From Candidatus Bathyarchaeota archaeon (lineage in GTDB: Archaea > Thermoproteota > Bathyarchaeia > Bathyarchaeales > Bathycorpusculaceae), in contig CAWHXY010000005.1 of NCBI GenBank assembly GCA_963833575.1, positions 46,005 to 110,004 on the forward strand: a stretch of 64,000 nucleotides of DNA. The letters run 5' to 3'. The translations under genes and the position numbers were made by a program. The notes beneath the pieces were generated by a model. The model had not been told where the DNA came from and made no database searches. It saw nothing but the letters and a program-made list of their open reading frames with translations. Positions 19,961 to 30,005 of the stretch are shown piece by piece. Position 1 is the first letter of the stretch; each line of letters opens with the position of its first letter.

Positions 19961-20866
19961 ATGACACGAATGCAACAAATTAACTGCCCACTATGCGGTT
20001 CAATCAACGATGTCCCGTTGTTTCAAGTCAAAGATTATCGACTGCATACGACGGAAAAAGTATTTGCCCTTGTTCGTTGTCTCCGATGTGGCACCTTATA
20101 TTTAAATCCTAGACCTAACGAAGAAGAACTCGCTAAATTTTATCCCGAAGCCTTTTACGCTGGGTCTAATTTAACTTCCAAATTGGTATCCAATTTCTTG
20201 AATCGTTTGAAATTTCGGGAAATTGATAAGTTCAAAAAAGCTGGGCGAATATTAGATGTTGGATGTGGAGACGGAGGGTTACTTTCTACCTTTAAAGATA
20301 GAGGTTGGGAAACCTATGGGGTGGATACATCAGAAAAGGCGTGTAGACTAGCTGCAAAGACTTTAGGAATAAAGGTCTGCAATTCTACGTTAAAAGATTG
20401 TTTTTTTCCTGATAGTTATTTTGATGTCGTGCTTCTTAACCACGTTATTGAGCATATGTCACGTCCAAATGAAGAACTTGTTGAAATTTGCAGAATTTTG
20501 AGAGCTAGCGGAGTTGTTTTCATATACACACCCAATATCGCAAGTTACCAGTTTGAGGTAACTGGAGACAAGTGGTTGCATTTAGATATACCGAGGCACT
20601 TGATCTTTTACTCTCCAAATAATATCCTCGTTCTTCTCAAAAAAGCTGGCCTTGAAGTGATTAAGATAAGTTTTCCTCCATTTGATTTTCCTTTTGACTT
20701 TTACTTCAGTCTTAAGCTGAAACTTGGGTCAAACTATGGTTTACTGGGCTCTATAATCTCCCCCATCTTACGTATTATCTCAATTACTGTAAAATTGTTT
20801 CCTGCTTGGAGGGGAAGTATGATAGTGGCTGCTGTTAAGAAATCCTCGCTAATTCATGCACCATAA
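19961..20866 (+). CDS. class I SAM-dependent methyltransferase with N-terminal zinc ribbon
   Basis: CPLC...CLRC, LDVGCGDG, HVIEH, TPN, PRHL. Confidence 0.88.
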   Translation: MTRMQQINCPLCGSINDVPLFQVKDYRLHTTEKVFALVRCLRCGTLYLNPRPNEEELAKFYPEAFYAGSNLTSKLVSNFLNRLKFREIDKFKKAGRILDVGCGDGGLLSTFKDRGWETYGVDTSEKACRLAAKTLGIKVCNSTLKDCFFPDSYFDVVLLNHVIEHMSRPNEELVEICRILRASGVVFIYTPNIASYQFEVTGDKWLHLDIPRHLIFYSPNNILVLLKKAGLEVIKISFPPFDFPFDFYFSLKLKLGSNYGLLGSIISPILRIISITVKLFPAWRGSMIVAAVKKSSLIHAP

Positions 20867-20970
20867 AGTGAAATAAAAAATCGTTTCGGAAAAGAATTAA
20901 CGACGACGGTTAAACCATGTTCTAATCAGTTTAATGGTTTACCAAAAAACTTATGGGAAATTACCCTCAG
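20864..20970 (+). repeat. repeat A' (orphan fragment of methyltransferase 18885-19583)
   Basis: Matches 18961-19067; begins at the TAA stop of 19961-20866. Confidence 0.92.
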
Positions 20971-21028
20971 GAGATAGATCGAGTCAAAATCGTTTGGTTA
21001 AAATTTGGAAAACATTAATGTGATTTAG

Positions 21029-21826
21029 CTAAACATAAATCAGCCCAATACCATATATTCCCTGATTGTAATCGTTAACAAACTCCTTGAATTTATAGCT
21101 GTTTTTTATTTCATTCCAAAATCTGTTTACTTCACATTGACTATTTGAAGGGTGCTTTGCAATATCATGGAAAGCTATAGCACCACCTTTTCTAACAAGA
21201 GAGGAATACATTTCAAAGTCTTTTTTTACTCCCTCATAAGTATGGTCTCCATCAATGAAAAGAAAATCTAACGCTTTTCCAGCAAGGGCGATCTTAACCT
21301 CGTTTAATGTTGAGACTTCATGAGCATTTTTTCTAATCAAAATAATCTGTTGCTTTGGTTTTGCTAGGGATTTGTAAAATATTCTCTTTTCGTTGCTGTA
21401 GCCACCCCCGAATTTTCCACTTGGCAAATCAACACTTATTACCCGTGCCATTGGGTCAGCGGTTTGAGAGAATAGAAAAAGTGTCCCCCCTTTTGCAGTC
21501 CCAATTTCCATTATATTCTTAGGCTGAAGTTCTCTAACAATTTTCAGCAATTGGATTATTTCATTTCTAAACTGCCCCGGTCTGATAGACAGACCGAAAT
21601 AATTAAAAGTAAACGCAAGATCAACCGTTTCATCAAGCCGATTTATTTTTCTTATGTTTTCCTCAAGTTTTTTTATAGCTAACGGCAAAACAACTCTATG
21701 TCCTATTAATTCCCAAAAAAGGTATTGAGAAACTTCTTTGCAAAATGTAATAGTTCCCTGTGACTTGACTAAACCAATGCCTTCCTTAACCTTAGAATTA
21801 ACCTTCTGAATATTGTTAAGGACCAT
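21029..21826 (-). CDS. class I SAM-dependent methyltransferase (Methyltransf_24-like sugar O-methyltransferase)
   Basis: MEIGTAKGG, DFLFIDGDHTYEGV..D, GG.IAFHD. Confidence 0.85.
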   Translation of the reverse strand: MVLNNIQKVNSKVKEGIGLVKSQGTITFCKEVSQYLFWELIGHRVVLPLAIKKLEENIRKINRLDETVDLAFTFNYFGLSIRPGQFRNEIIQLLKIVRELQPKNIMEIGTAKGGTLFLFSQTADPMARVISVDLPSGKFGGGYSNEKRIFYKSLAKPKQQIILIRKNAHEVSTLNEVKIALAGKALDFLFIDGDHTYEGVKKDFEMYSSLVRKGGAIAFHDIAKHPSNSQCEVNRFWNEIKNSYKFKEFVNDYNQGIYGIGLIYV

Positions 21827-22179
21827 AACAATTATTATATAACATTTTTCTTAAATGTTTTGTTTAATGATATTCCGAGTTTCTGGCATACCCTCAAATG
21901 TTCGATTGATAGTTATTAATTTGGTATTTTACTTTTCTTAATAGGTGCATTTTATTCTGGTACTATTAAGCGAATTGTTAGCTAGAAGTAACTAAAAACA
22001 ATTTGCTCAATTCTTAAGATAAAACTGTAACTTAATTGTGTCTTATCACAACCTATCCCATGAAACTAGAAAAGCGTTAATCCATGAATTCTTGAAAAGA
22101 AATACAGAAAATTAATACGATTCAACTTCTTAGATTATATCCTTCATTCCAATAAAATCAATCAATTAAAGGAAAAAAT

Positions 22180-23208
22180 ATGGCTGATAAACAAAATCCA
22201 GTTGTTTCGATAGTGATTCTGAATTATAATGGTAAACAGTTTCTTGATAGATGTCTAACTTCCATTTTTAATCAAAGTTTTTCTAAATTTGAACTTATAT
22301 TTGTTGATAATGCCTCAAATGATGGGAGCGTTCACCATATTGAAAAATTCTTCGGAAATGATCCCCGCCTTAAAATTATAGAGAATAAATCAAACTATGG
22401 ACCTATAGAAGGAAATAACATTGGTATTCTACATTCAAATCGTCAAACAAAATATGTTCTTTTACTAAATAACGATACTGAACTTATCGAGAATTGGTTA
22501 TCTTGTATGATTAACACATTGGAAAGCGACCCAAAAATTGGTGCTGCTGCTTCAAAACAATTGTTGATGGATGACCATGAACGCCTTCAAGGATTTGGTT
22601 CATTTATTGACATATGTGGGTTTAATTATCAACTTGGAGAATTTGAGATTGATAACAATCAATACAATGGCAAAACAATTGAGATTTTTGCTGGGGGAAC
22701 AACAGCTCTGTTTCTCAGAACAAGTGTTCTTAGGCAAATAGGGCTCCTTGATTCAATGTACGTGCATGGATTTGATGATATTGATCTATGTTGGCGGGTT
22801 TGGCTCAGCGGCCATAAAGTAGTTTGTGTTTCCAGTTGCAAAATATATCACAAAGTCGCAGGCACTACACGAAAAGTAAATTTAGCGCGAGTTGTTTATC
22901 ACAGAGAAAAAAATAGAATAATGACTGCAATAAAGAATTACACTATTCGTTATATAATTCGGGTGATGCCGATTATTTTGACTTTCGATTTGCTTCAATT
23001 ATTATGGTTTGTTTTTACAAATAATTTTTCTATGTTTCAATCAATCGGGCAAGCACTAATTTGGGATATAAAACATTTCAAGTATATATGGACTCAGCAT
23101 CTTAGAGTTAAATATCAAGTAAGAAAAGTCTCTGATGAAGAAATTGTGAGGCTTATGTTTAGGATTAACATTATAGAGCTTTGGCGTCGAATTGGGTCTT
23201 TATCTTAG
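22180..23208 (+). CDS. GT2 glycosyltransferase
   Basis: VILNYNG, VDNASNDGS, LNND, DDIDLCWR. Confidence 0.88.
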   Translation: MADKQNPVVSIVILNYNGKQFLDRCLTSIFNQSFSKFELIFVDNASNDGSVHHIEKFFGNDPRLKIIENKSNYGPIEGNNIGILHSNRQTKYVLLLNNDTELIENWLSCMINTLESDPKIGAAASKQLLMDDHERLQGFGSFIDICGFNYQLGEFEIDNNQYNGKTIEIFAGGTTALFLRTSVLRQIGLLDSMYVHGFDDIDLCWRVWLSGHKVVCVSSCKIYHKVAGTTRKVNLARVVYHREKNRIMTAIKNYTIRYIIRVMPIILTFDLLQLLWFVFTNNFSMFQSIGQALIWDIKHFKYIWTQHLRVKYQVRKVSDEEIVRLMFRINIIELWRRIGSLS

Positions 23209-23370
23209 ATTTTTCTATTTTTTTCAAAACTAATTTTTAGAAGCAAGTGTAATTAGCATTTAGTCATTGGTTTGATTATTTGTGAAATTGAATTTTGCAG
23301 CTGGTTTTTGTTATTGGCTGATAAATTGGGGGTTTCACGAAAGTTTATGAGCAAGTGAACAAAGTTAATG
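23136..23370 (+). repeat. repeat B' (native copy)
   Basis: Matches 19647-19881. Confidence 0.95.
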
Positions 23371-23404
23371 TAAACTTGGTATTGAAATAGCGATGGATTA
23401 CTGA

Positions 23405-26400
23405 ATGGACGTAGCTCAATTTAAACTGTCATTATATTCCCATAAGATAGCGATCTTTAGTGTTTTGGTAATACTAATAGCTGGTCTCATTTCAATTAGT
23501 TGGTTTCAAGGATCTTTTTTGATCAATGGGATTGATAGATCTTTTCCTCCGAATCGGACAGTTTTTTTTGTAAGAAGCTTTTACATTTGGGATATATTCC
23601 AGCTTGGGGGTGAAAGTGCACGGACAACAGCCAGTTTTTTCCCCGCAAATCTTTATTTGTTAATTTCAGAAGTTGCAGGTCTTTCGATTGTCACCGCAGA
23701 GAAATTGTGGTTTTATCTTCTCTTCAGTTCGGCTGGTCTTTCAATGTATTTTCTGACAACTACGGCTATTGTTGGAAAATATCGTCATTTAGCTGGTCTC
23801 GTATCAGCTTTGTTTTACATGTTTAATCCATACACGATCATAGCTGTTGTTCCACAAATGTGGCTCTATATAATTTTTCTTCCATTAATATTGGGAATGT
23901 TCGTAAAAGGACTAAAGGAAAAGCGTGGGTTGAAATATATATTACTCATGAGCTTAATTTGGACATTAACGACATCATCTGACTACGTAAATCCTAAAAA
24001 TTTGTTATTTGATGTCTTACCACTTCTGCTTTTCTTAATATTTTATTTTATTCTTAACAGAAATATACCTGAAATGAAACGTTCGCTTCGTTTTGCAGGA
24101 TCACTGTTAATTGTATTTTGTGCTCTAAACGCTTTTTGGATTCTTCCCACCATATCTACCATTAAAAGCGTAATTGCGTCACCTTTGAACGCATATGCTG
24201 TTATTGGAACATCACGTTTGAGTAATTATGCTTTAGCCAGTGCACCACTGTCAGGCTCTTTTCGATTGCTTGGTTTTTGGTCACTTAACGCTGAATATAA
24301 GGGATTTCCATATGCTTACTGGGCTCCTGCGTATAATTCAGCTCTTTTCATCGCCATAGGATTCTTAATACCCATCATTACATTTGGTTTCCTTTTGAGA
24401 AAGCCAAAAAGCCAGAAAAGGCTCTTTTTTGCCATTCTAGCCGTACTAGGCTTGTTTGTGATGGTTGGAGCTACGCCGCCTTTGGGCTGGATCAATGAAT
24501 TTATAGTAACTCATGTTCCGCTTGCTGTTGATGTATTTTCCAACCCTTATCTGTTTGGAGGAATGTATGTGGCTTTGTCATTTGCTTTTCTTTTCGGATG
24601 TTTTGTATCTGATTTATGCTGTTCTAAGTGGGTGGTCAATAAAGTTTCTATTTTTCGGAATCAGTCATTCAAGTACATTTTGACTGCACTTATTATTTTC
24701 TTGATTATTGGATTGTACGCGTTTCCACTTTGGAATGCTAACGTTATATACCCTGGAAATGAGGTCATGGCTTCAAATCGTTACAGTATTCCGAACTATT
24801 ATTATGATGCAAAAAGTTGGCTTAGCACTGATTCAAGTGACTTTAGGATTTTTCCTCTACCATACTCCATATTAGGCTATGGAGCATACAACTGGCCACC
24901 TGAAGGGTTCAATGGACCTGATCCTACTGAATCTTTGCTCGGTAGACCGCTTTTAGCAGGTTTAACTGGTCAAGGATTAGGTTTAGCTGCAGCCCAATAT
25001 CTGATTAATGGCTCAGACTATAACATAGCTAAACTTTTGGCTTTAATGAATGTCAAATACATTTTAGTTCACAATGATGCTGACTTGACTTATCTTAGTG
25101 GTAGTAATTGGTACGTTTCGGCTACTCCAGAACAAATTCGATCTATTCTCAATAATCAAACAGGTTTTTCTTTTGAGAAGTCTTTCGGAGAACTTGATTT
25201 CTACAAGAACAATTATTGGCAACCTATGAAGGTGTATACTGCCTCTACAAGTGTTCTGTCAGATGGGAACTTGGATCAACTATTACAGATCGTGGGAAGA
25301 AACGATTTTATCTACAATGACTCAGTTGTCTCGCTTTCCAATCAGCTTGATGCTCAGCAAATCTCCACTCTTCCTATGAACACGGTGCTCGTTCAAAATC
25401 CCGATCTAAACTTGAACTACAGCCCAATCTCCGACGTTCAAAATAACAGTAGGCTTGTTTACATATTAAGTCCCCACCCAGTTACGGCAGCGCGATATTA
25501 TTCAAGTTGGAAGGAGGTAGTAAGCACTAACGGGACAGGTGATCCGGGCATGATTGTCTTTTCATCGCCTATGCAATGTCCTTATTTAAGCGCTTTTCCG
25601 ATGAGTTTTACAAATTGGAGTTCGTATGACTCTACACTAATTTACATAATAAACTCATCACCGTTAACGATTAACTCAGTAATTGCCGATGGTGCGTCGG
25701 TTACTGGGACTGCTTGGTGGCAAACCGGGACTTCGTGGATAACGGGTTGGCCAATAACTATACCCTCAAATCAAAATGCAGTCATTCAAGTGAGTCAGCG
25801 GGCAAGTAATATTACACTACAAACTGACATAGGTCCAATTACGATTTCAGTTTCAGATGGTTGGACAAGTCCTTTAACTATCAAAAACCCTGATGAAATC
25901 CCAACCACAATAGTCACACCTAATGCCTCTGACTATTTGCTTGCGATTAAAGTAGCAACGGGATACGGCTATGGCAATTTATCTGTAAGAATCGATGAGC
26001 AGTCCTTTAATGTCAATCTCAATTCAGAAGAGCAGGGACCAGTTTACACTTACAAATACATTGGACCCGTATTCTTGGCTGCTGGTTCCCACGAAATAGC
26101 GCCAAGTGAAGGAAATGTGTCCACTCCTCAATCAGATAGCATGTTACTCTATTCTTTAAAGAATGATGATTCATTCGTAAACGTTGACAGCCTACTTTCT
26201 TCTAACCAAAGGAACAGCGCTTCGGTTACTTACGAAGAAATCAATCCAACTCAGTACACTGTTCATGTTAACTCTTCGCAACCGTTCTACCTTGTCTTCA
26301 GCGATTCCTACGACAATGGTTGGGTTGCAAGTATCAACGGACAACGAATATCTAGTCTATACCATTTCACTGCTAACGGCTATGCAAATGGATGGTACAT

Positions 26401-26551
26401 TAACAAAACTGGAACATATACTGTAACTTTGGAATTCACGCCTCAAAACCTCTTTTATGCAGGAGCTGCAATATCGGTTGCTTCTCTAATAGTCTGTACT
26501 TTATTCATTAGCAAAAATAAAATAAAAGAAATCTACCAAAAATATTTTTAA
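23405..26551 (+). CDS. large membrane glycosyltransferase-like protein (AftD/DUF3367- or YfhO-like, GT-C)
   Basis: N-terminal TM array with FYMFNP, NVKYILVHND, C-terminal LVFSDSYDNGW...ANGYANGW and final TM. Confidence 0.7.
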   Translation: MDVAQFKLSLYSHKIAIFSVLVILIAGLISISWFQGSFLINGIDRSFPPNRTVFFVRSFYIWDIFQLGGESARTTASFFPANLYLLISEVAGLSIVTAEKLWFYLLFSSAGLSMYFLTTTAIVGKYRHLAGLVSALFYMFNPYTIIAVVPQMWLYIIFLPLILGMFVKGLKEKRGLKYILLMSLIWTLTTSSDYVNPKNLLFDVLPLLLFLIFYFILNRNIPEMKRSLRFAGSLLIVFCALNAFWILPTISTIKSVIASPLNAYAVIGTSRLSNYALASAPLSGSFRLLGFWSLNAEYKGFPYAYWAPAYNSALFIAIGFLIPIITFGFLLRKPKSQKRLFFAILAVLGLFVMVGATPPLGWINEFIVTHVPLAVDVFSNPYLFGGMYVALSFAFLFGCFVSDLCCSKWVVNKVSIFRNQSFKYILTALIIFLIIGLYAFPLWNANVIYPGNEVMASNRYSIPNYYYDAKSWLSTDSSDFRIFPLPYSILGYGAYNWPPEGFNGPDPTESLLGRPLLAGLTGQGLGLAAAQYLINGSDYNIAKLLALMNVKYILVHNDADLTYLSGSNWYVSATPEQIRSILNNQTGFSFEKSFGELDFYKNNYWQPMKVYTASTSVLSDGNLDQLLQIVGRNDFIYNDSVVSLSNQLDAQQISTLPMNTVLVQNPDLNLNYSPISDVQNNSRLVYILSPHPVTAARYYSSWKEVVSTNGTGDPGMIVFSSPMQCPYLSAFPMSFTNWSSYDSTLIYIINSSPLTINSVIADGASVTGTAWWQTGTSWITGWPITIPSNQNAVIQVSQRASNITLQTDIGPITISVSDGWTSPLTIKNPDEIPTTIVTPNASDYLLAIKVATGYGYGNLSVRIDEQSFNVNLNSEEQGPVYTYKYIGPVFLAAGSHEIAPSEGNVSTPQSDSMLLYSLKNDDSFVNVDSLLSSNQRNSASVTYEEINPTQYTVHVNSSQPFYLVFSDSYDNGWVASINGQRISSLYHFTANGYANGWYINKTGTYTVTLEFTPQNLFYAGAAISVASLIVCTLFISKNKIKEIYQKYF

Positions 26552-26568
26552 AAAATCAAAGTCAGCAA

Positions 26569-27582
26569 TTAATTGCTATTTATTGAAAACCATGCTATTG
26601 TTCTCTTTATTCCTTCTTCCAAGTTTACGTTCGGGGTCCAACAAACTAGTTTTTCTATCTTGCTTATGTTTGGGCTGCGCCTTTTAGGGTCGTCTTTTGG
26701 GAGTGGCTGAAATTCCAAGGGTGATTTGCATTTTGTGCTTTCCTTAATTTTCTTTGCTAACTCGAGTATTGTAACTTCTTGAGTGTTGCCTAAGTTTACA
26801 ACTTCTCCTCTGGCTTTCGAGCTCATCATCATCAACATTAATCCTATTACAGTGTCTGTTATGTAGCAGAATGATCGTGTTTGTTTTCCATCACCGTAGA
26901 CAGTTATTGGTTTATTATTTAATCCCTGTAAAATAAAGCGTGACATGGCTCTGCCATACAAGCCGTCTTCTCGTAGTCGTGGTCCATATGAATTGAAGAT
27001 TCTAGCTATTTTAACGTCCAATCCAAATTGTTTGTTGTAAGCCATTAGCAACGCTTCGGCAAAACGTTTTCCTTCATCATAACAAGATCTCGGTCCGATG
27101 GGGTTTACTTTGCCCCAATAACTCTCAGGCGTAGGAATAACTTCTGTATCACCATAAACTTCTGAAGTTGACGCAAACAATAATGAGGCATCATTTTTCC
27201 TTGCCAATTCAGCTATGCGAAAACTGCCTAAAGCACTAGTTTGCAAAGTCTCAATCGGATGAGCTTGATACTCGTCAGGAGACGCATGCCCAGCCATATG
27301 GAAAATGAAATCAAATTTTTCTTTGGTGTTAAAAGCGCAAACATCAGATTTCAAAAACTTAAAAGACGAGTTTTTTGTTAGGTGAGCAATGTTTTTCTTT
27401 CTCCCAGTGGATAAGTCATCTAAAGCTGTCACAAGAGCATCAAATCCGATTAATACATCGCAAACCCAGCTGCCAATAAACCCTGCGCCGCCAGTCACAA
27501 GCACTCTCTTCCCGGCAAAAGCATTTCCATTAACCGCATCTTTTATTTTTTCAAGATCTTCGTTGATTATCTTGTCAATCAT
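26569..27582 (-). CDS. UDP-glucuronate decarboxylase (UDP-xylose synthase-like)
   Basis: GGAGFIGS, ASP..Y, STSEVYG, YWGKVNPIGPRSCYDEGKR, DDPKRR. Confidence 0.9.
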   Translation of the reverse strand: MIDKIINEDLEKIKDAVNGNAFAGKRVLVTGGAGFIGSWVCDVLIGFDALVTALDDLSTGRKKNIAHLTKNSSFKFLKSDVCAFNTKEKFDFIFHMAGHASPDEYQAHPIETLQTSALGSFRIAELARKNDASLLFASTSEVYGDTEVIPTPESYWGKVNPIGPRSCYDEGKRFAEALLMAYNKQFGLDVKIARIFNSYGPRLREDGLYGRAMSRFILQGLNNKPITVYGDGKQTRSFCYITDTVIGLMLMMMSSKARGEVVNLGNTQEVTILELAKKIKESTKCKSPLEFQPLPKDDPKRRSPNISKIEKLVCWTPNVNLEEGIKRTIAWFSINSN

Positions 27583-28450
27583 GTTTTTTGTCTCTCTTGC
27601 AAAACTGTTTGTGTGATAATTCTAGGGCTTCCCAATATCGTTCAGGGCTGCCAATATCTAAATGCGTGTAGCTCTTATCCAATTTTATAGCATAAACCTT
27701 AAGTCCCTTCTCGACAAGCTTTTGGATTGCATCAGTTAACTGGATTTCCCCGTTTATTCCAATTTTTGTCTGATCTAAAGCTCTAAAGATATCATGACGA
27801 AAAACATACATAGCCATAATTGCTAAATGTGTCTTGGGCTTTTCAGGTTTCTCAACCAAGTTTCTAACTTTTATTATTCCAGGTTCTATCTCATTTCCTT
27901 CGACTATGCCATATTGTCTAGGGTTATCTATATCCAAAACAAGAAATGCAGCATCTGCTTTCAATCGACCAAAAGCTTTAAGCAACTTCTTTAAGTAATC
28001 CATGTCTTTTGATATTATTACGCTGTCTCCAGCATGTACTAGGCAGCTTTCATTTTGTATGAAAGGTTGAGCCATTAAAACAGCGTTTCCAAACCCTTTG
28101 GGTTCCGGTTGATTGACCCACATAATCGTCGAAGTTCCAAGTTTTTCGTAAAAATCCTCCAAATCTGATGCTTGACCATTTTTTCCCATTCCCTCAAGGG
28201 CTCTAATACAATTCACATCGGGGGTGAAATGGTCTTCTATACCTCGTTTCCCTCTGCCAACAACGTAACAGAACTCGCGAAGCCCAGCATCATATAATTG
28301 CTCAAAAACCACTTGAACAACAGGTTTCACCGCTATGTCACCGTCGACGGTTTTTGAAAAAATCGGAAGCATTTCTTTTGGTTGCTCTTTAGTGGCTGGA
28401 AATAAACGTGTTCCCAAACCTGCGGCTGGAATAATGACCTTGCGGATCAC
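27575..28450 (-). CDS. galU: UTP--glucose-1-phosphate uridylyltransferase
   Basis: IPAAGLGTRLFPATKEQPKEMLP, VEKP, GEIQLTDA. Confidence 0.88.
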   Translation of the reverse strand: MIRKVIIPAAGLGTRLFPATKEQPKEMLPIFSKTVDGDIAVKPVVQVVFEQLYDAGLREFCYVVGRGKRGIEDHFTPDVNCIRALEGMGKNGQASDLEDFYEKLGTSTIMWVNQPEPKGFGNAVLMAQPFIQNESCLVHAGDSVIISKDMDYLKKLLKAFGRLKADAAFLVLDIDNPRQYGIVEGNEIEPGIIKVRNLVEKPEKPKTHLAIMAMYVFRHDIFRALDQTKIGINGEIQLTDAIQKLVEKGLKVYAIKLDKSYTHLDIGSPERYWEALELSHKQFCKRDKKHD

Positions 28451-28566
28451 TTGATACCCTCTTTTTTATCCTATCCTTAGCGCAATTATACTAATGAAGC
28501 TTTACAGAAACGAAGATGTTATATGTAGCATTCGCTCGTAAAATGAGCTATTCCAATGTTTGGTGA

Positions 28567-29916
28567 ATGCTGATGGTAAAAAAGCCAAAAATCTCCGTTG
28601 TAGGCGTTGGCTACGTTGGTTTATGTACAGCTGTTGGATTTGCCAGCAAAGGATACGCTGTTATTTCTTCAGACATTGACGCCGAGAAAGTGGCGAAAAT
28701 TAAAGAAGGTATCCCTCCGTTTCATGAGCCATGTTTGCCAGAAATGCTAAGGCAAACCATTGAGAATGGCAACTTAAAATGTTTAACTAATCAGACGCAG
28801 AACGCGGTTCTTGAGACAGATATCACCTACATAGCAGTTGGAACCCCTAGTAAACCAGACGGCAGCATAGATCTCCAGTTCATCGAAACGGTGTCGAGCG
28901 ATATCGGAAAAGCTCTTAGCCAGAAAAGAAACTACCATGTGGTTGTAGTAAAAAGTACAGTAGTTCCCGGTACCACGCAGAATACTGTTAATCCAAATTT
29001 GGAAAAGCAATCCAAAAAAAAATGCGGCGAAGACTTCGGTTTATGTATGAACCCAGAGTTTCTCCGTCAAGGTAGCGCTTTCCAAGACACCTTCAATGCT
29101 GACCGTGTGGTCATAGGTTCCTTTGACCAAAAATCAGGCGACGCAATAGAAGCACTATACAAAGGATTCTACTACCCGAAATTGCCTCCGATCATCAGAA
29201 CCAGCCTGGCGACGGCCGAACTTATAAAATACGCCAGCAACGCTATGCTTGCAACAAAAATCAGCTTCATCAACACAATAGCCAATATATGTGAAAAAAT
29301 CCCTGGTGCAGACGTCAAAACCGTTGCTACAGCCATGGGGTTAGACAAACGTATCGGGCCGCTTTTCTTAGATGCTGGATTAGGATATGGTGGATCATGT
29401 TTTCCAAAAGATGTTAAAGCGCTGATTGCTTGCTCAAAAGCCTTTGGCTATGCTCCTGAGATTTTAGAATCCGTTGAAAACCTAAACCATACACAACCTC
29501 TCAAAGCTGTTGAGTTCTGTAGACAACAACTAGGTAAACTGTCAGGCAAAAACATAGCTATCTTGGGTTTAGCTTTTAAACCTGATACGGATGACATGCG
29601 AGAAGCACGTGTTATTCCAATAGTAAACCAGCTATTACTGGAAGGCGCTAACATAACGGCATATGATCCAGTCACAGTGAACATGGCAAAATCCATTTTC
29701 CAAAACAAAATCCAATATGCGCCCTCGGCAATTAGCTGTCTCAAAAATGCAGATGCCGCCATACTCGTGACACAATGGGAAGAATTCAAAAAGCTCAGTC
29801 CCGATGACTTCATAAAAAACATGAAACACCCTGTACTTATAGATGGTAGACGTATCTACAACCCTGAAATTTACAGCCAAAAACTCAACTTTACAGCAAT
29901 AGGATTGGGCAAATAA
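28567..29916 (+). CDS. ugd: UDP-glucose 6-dehydrogenase
   Basis: GVGYVG, KSTV.PGT, NPEFL, GYGGSCFPKD, FKPDTDDMRE. Confidence 0.93.
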   Translation: MLMVKKPKISVVGVGYVGLCTAVGFASKGYAVISSDIDAEKVAKIKEGIPPFHEPCLPEMLRQTIENGNLKCLTNQTQNAVLETDITYIAVGTPSKPDGSIDLQFIETVSSDIGKALSQKRNYHVVVVKSTVVPGTTQNTVNPNLEKQSKKKCGEDFGLCMNPEFLRQGSAFQDTFNADRVVIGSFDQKSGDAIEALYKGFYYPKLPPIIRTSLATAELIKYASNAMLATKISFINTIANICEKIPGADVKTVATAMGLDKRIGPLFLDAGLGYGGSCFPKDVKALIACSKAFGYAPEILESVENLNHTQPLKAVEFCRQQLGKLSGKNIAILGLAFKPDTDDMREARVIPIVNQLLLEGANITAYDPVTVNMAKSIFQNKIQYAPSAISCLKNADAAILVTQWEEFKKLSPDDFIKNMKHPVLIDGRRIYNPEIYSQKLNFTAIGLGK

Positions 29917-30005
29917 GCTTTATTAACCCATAGTACCAAAAGCGATAAACGCCACTATACAAACAACACTTAACTTGAAATCCAAAAGCAAACCAGGAAA
30001 CAACG

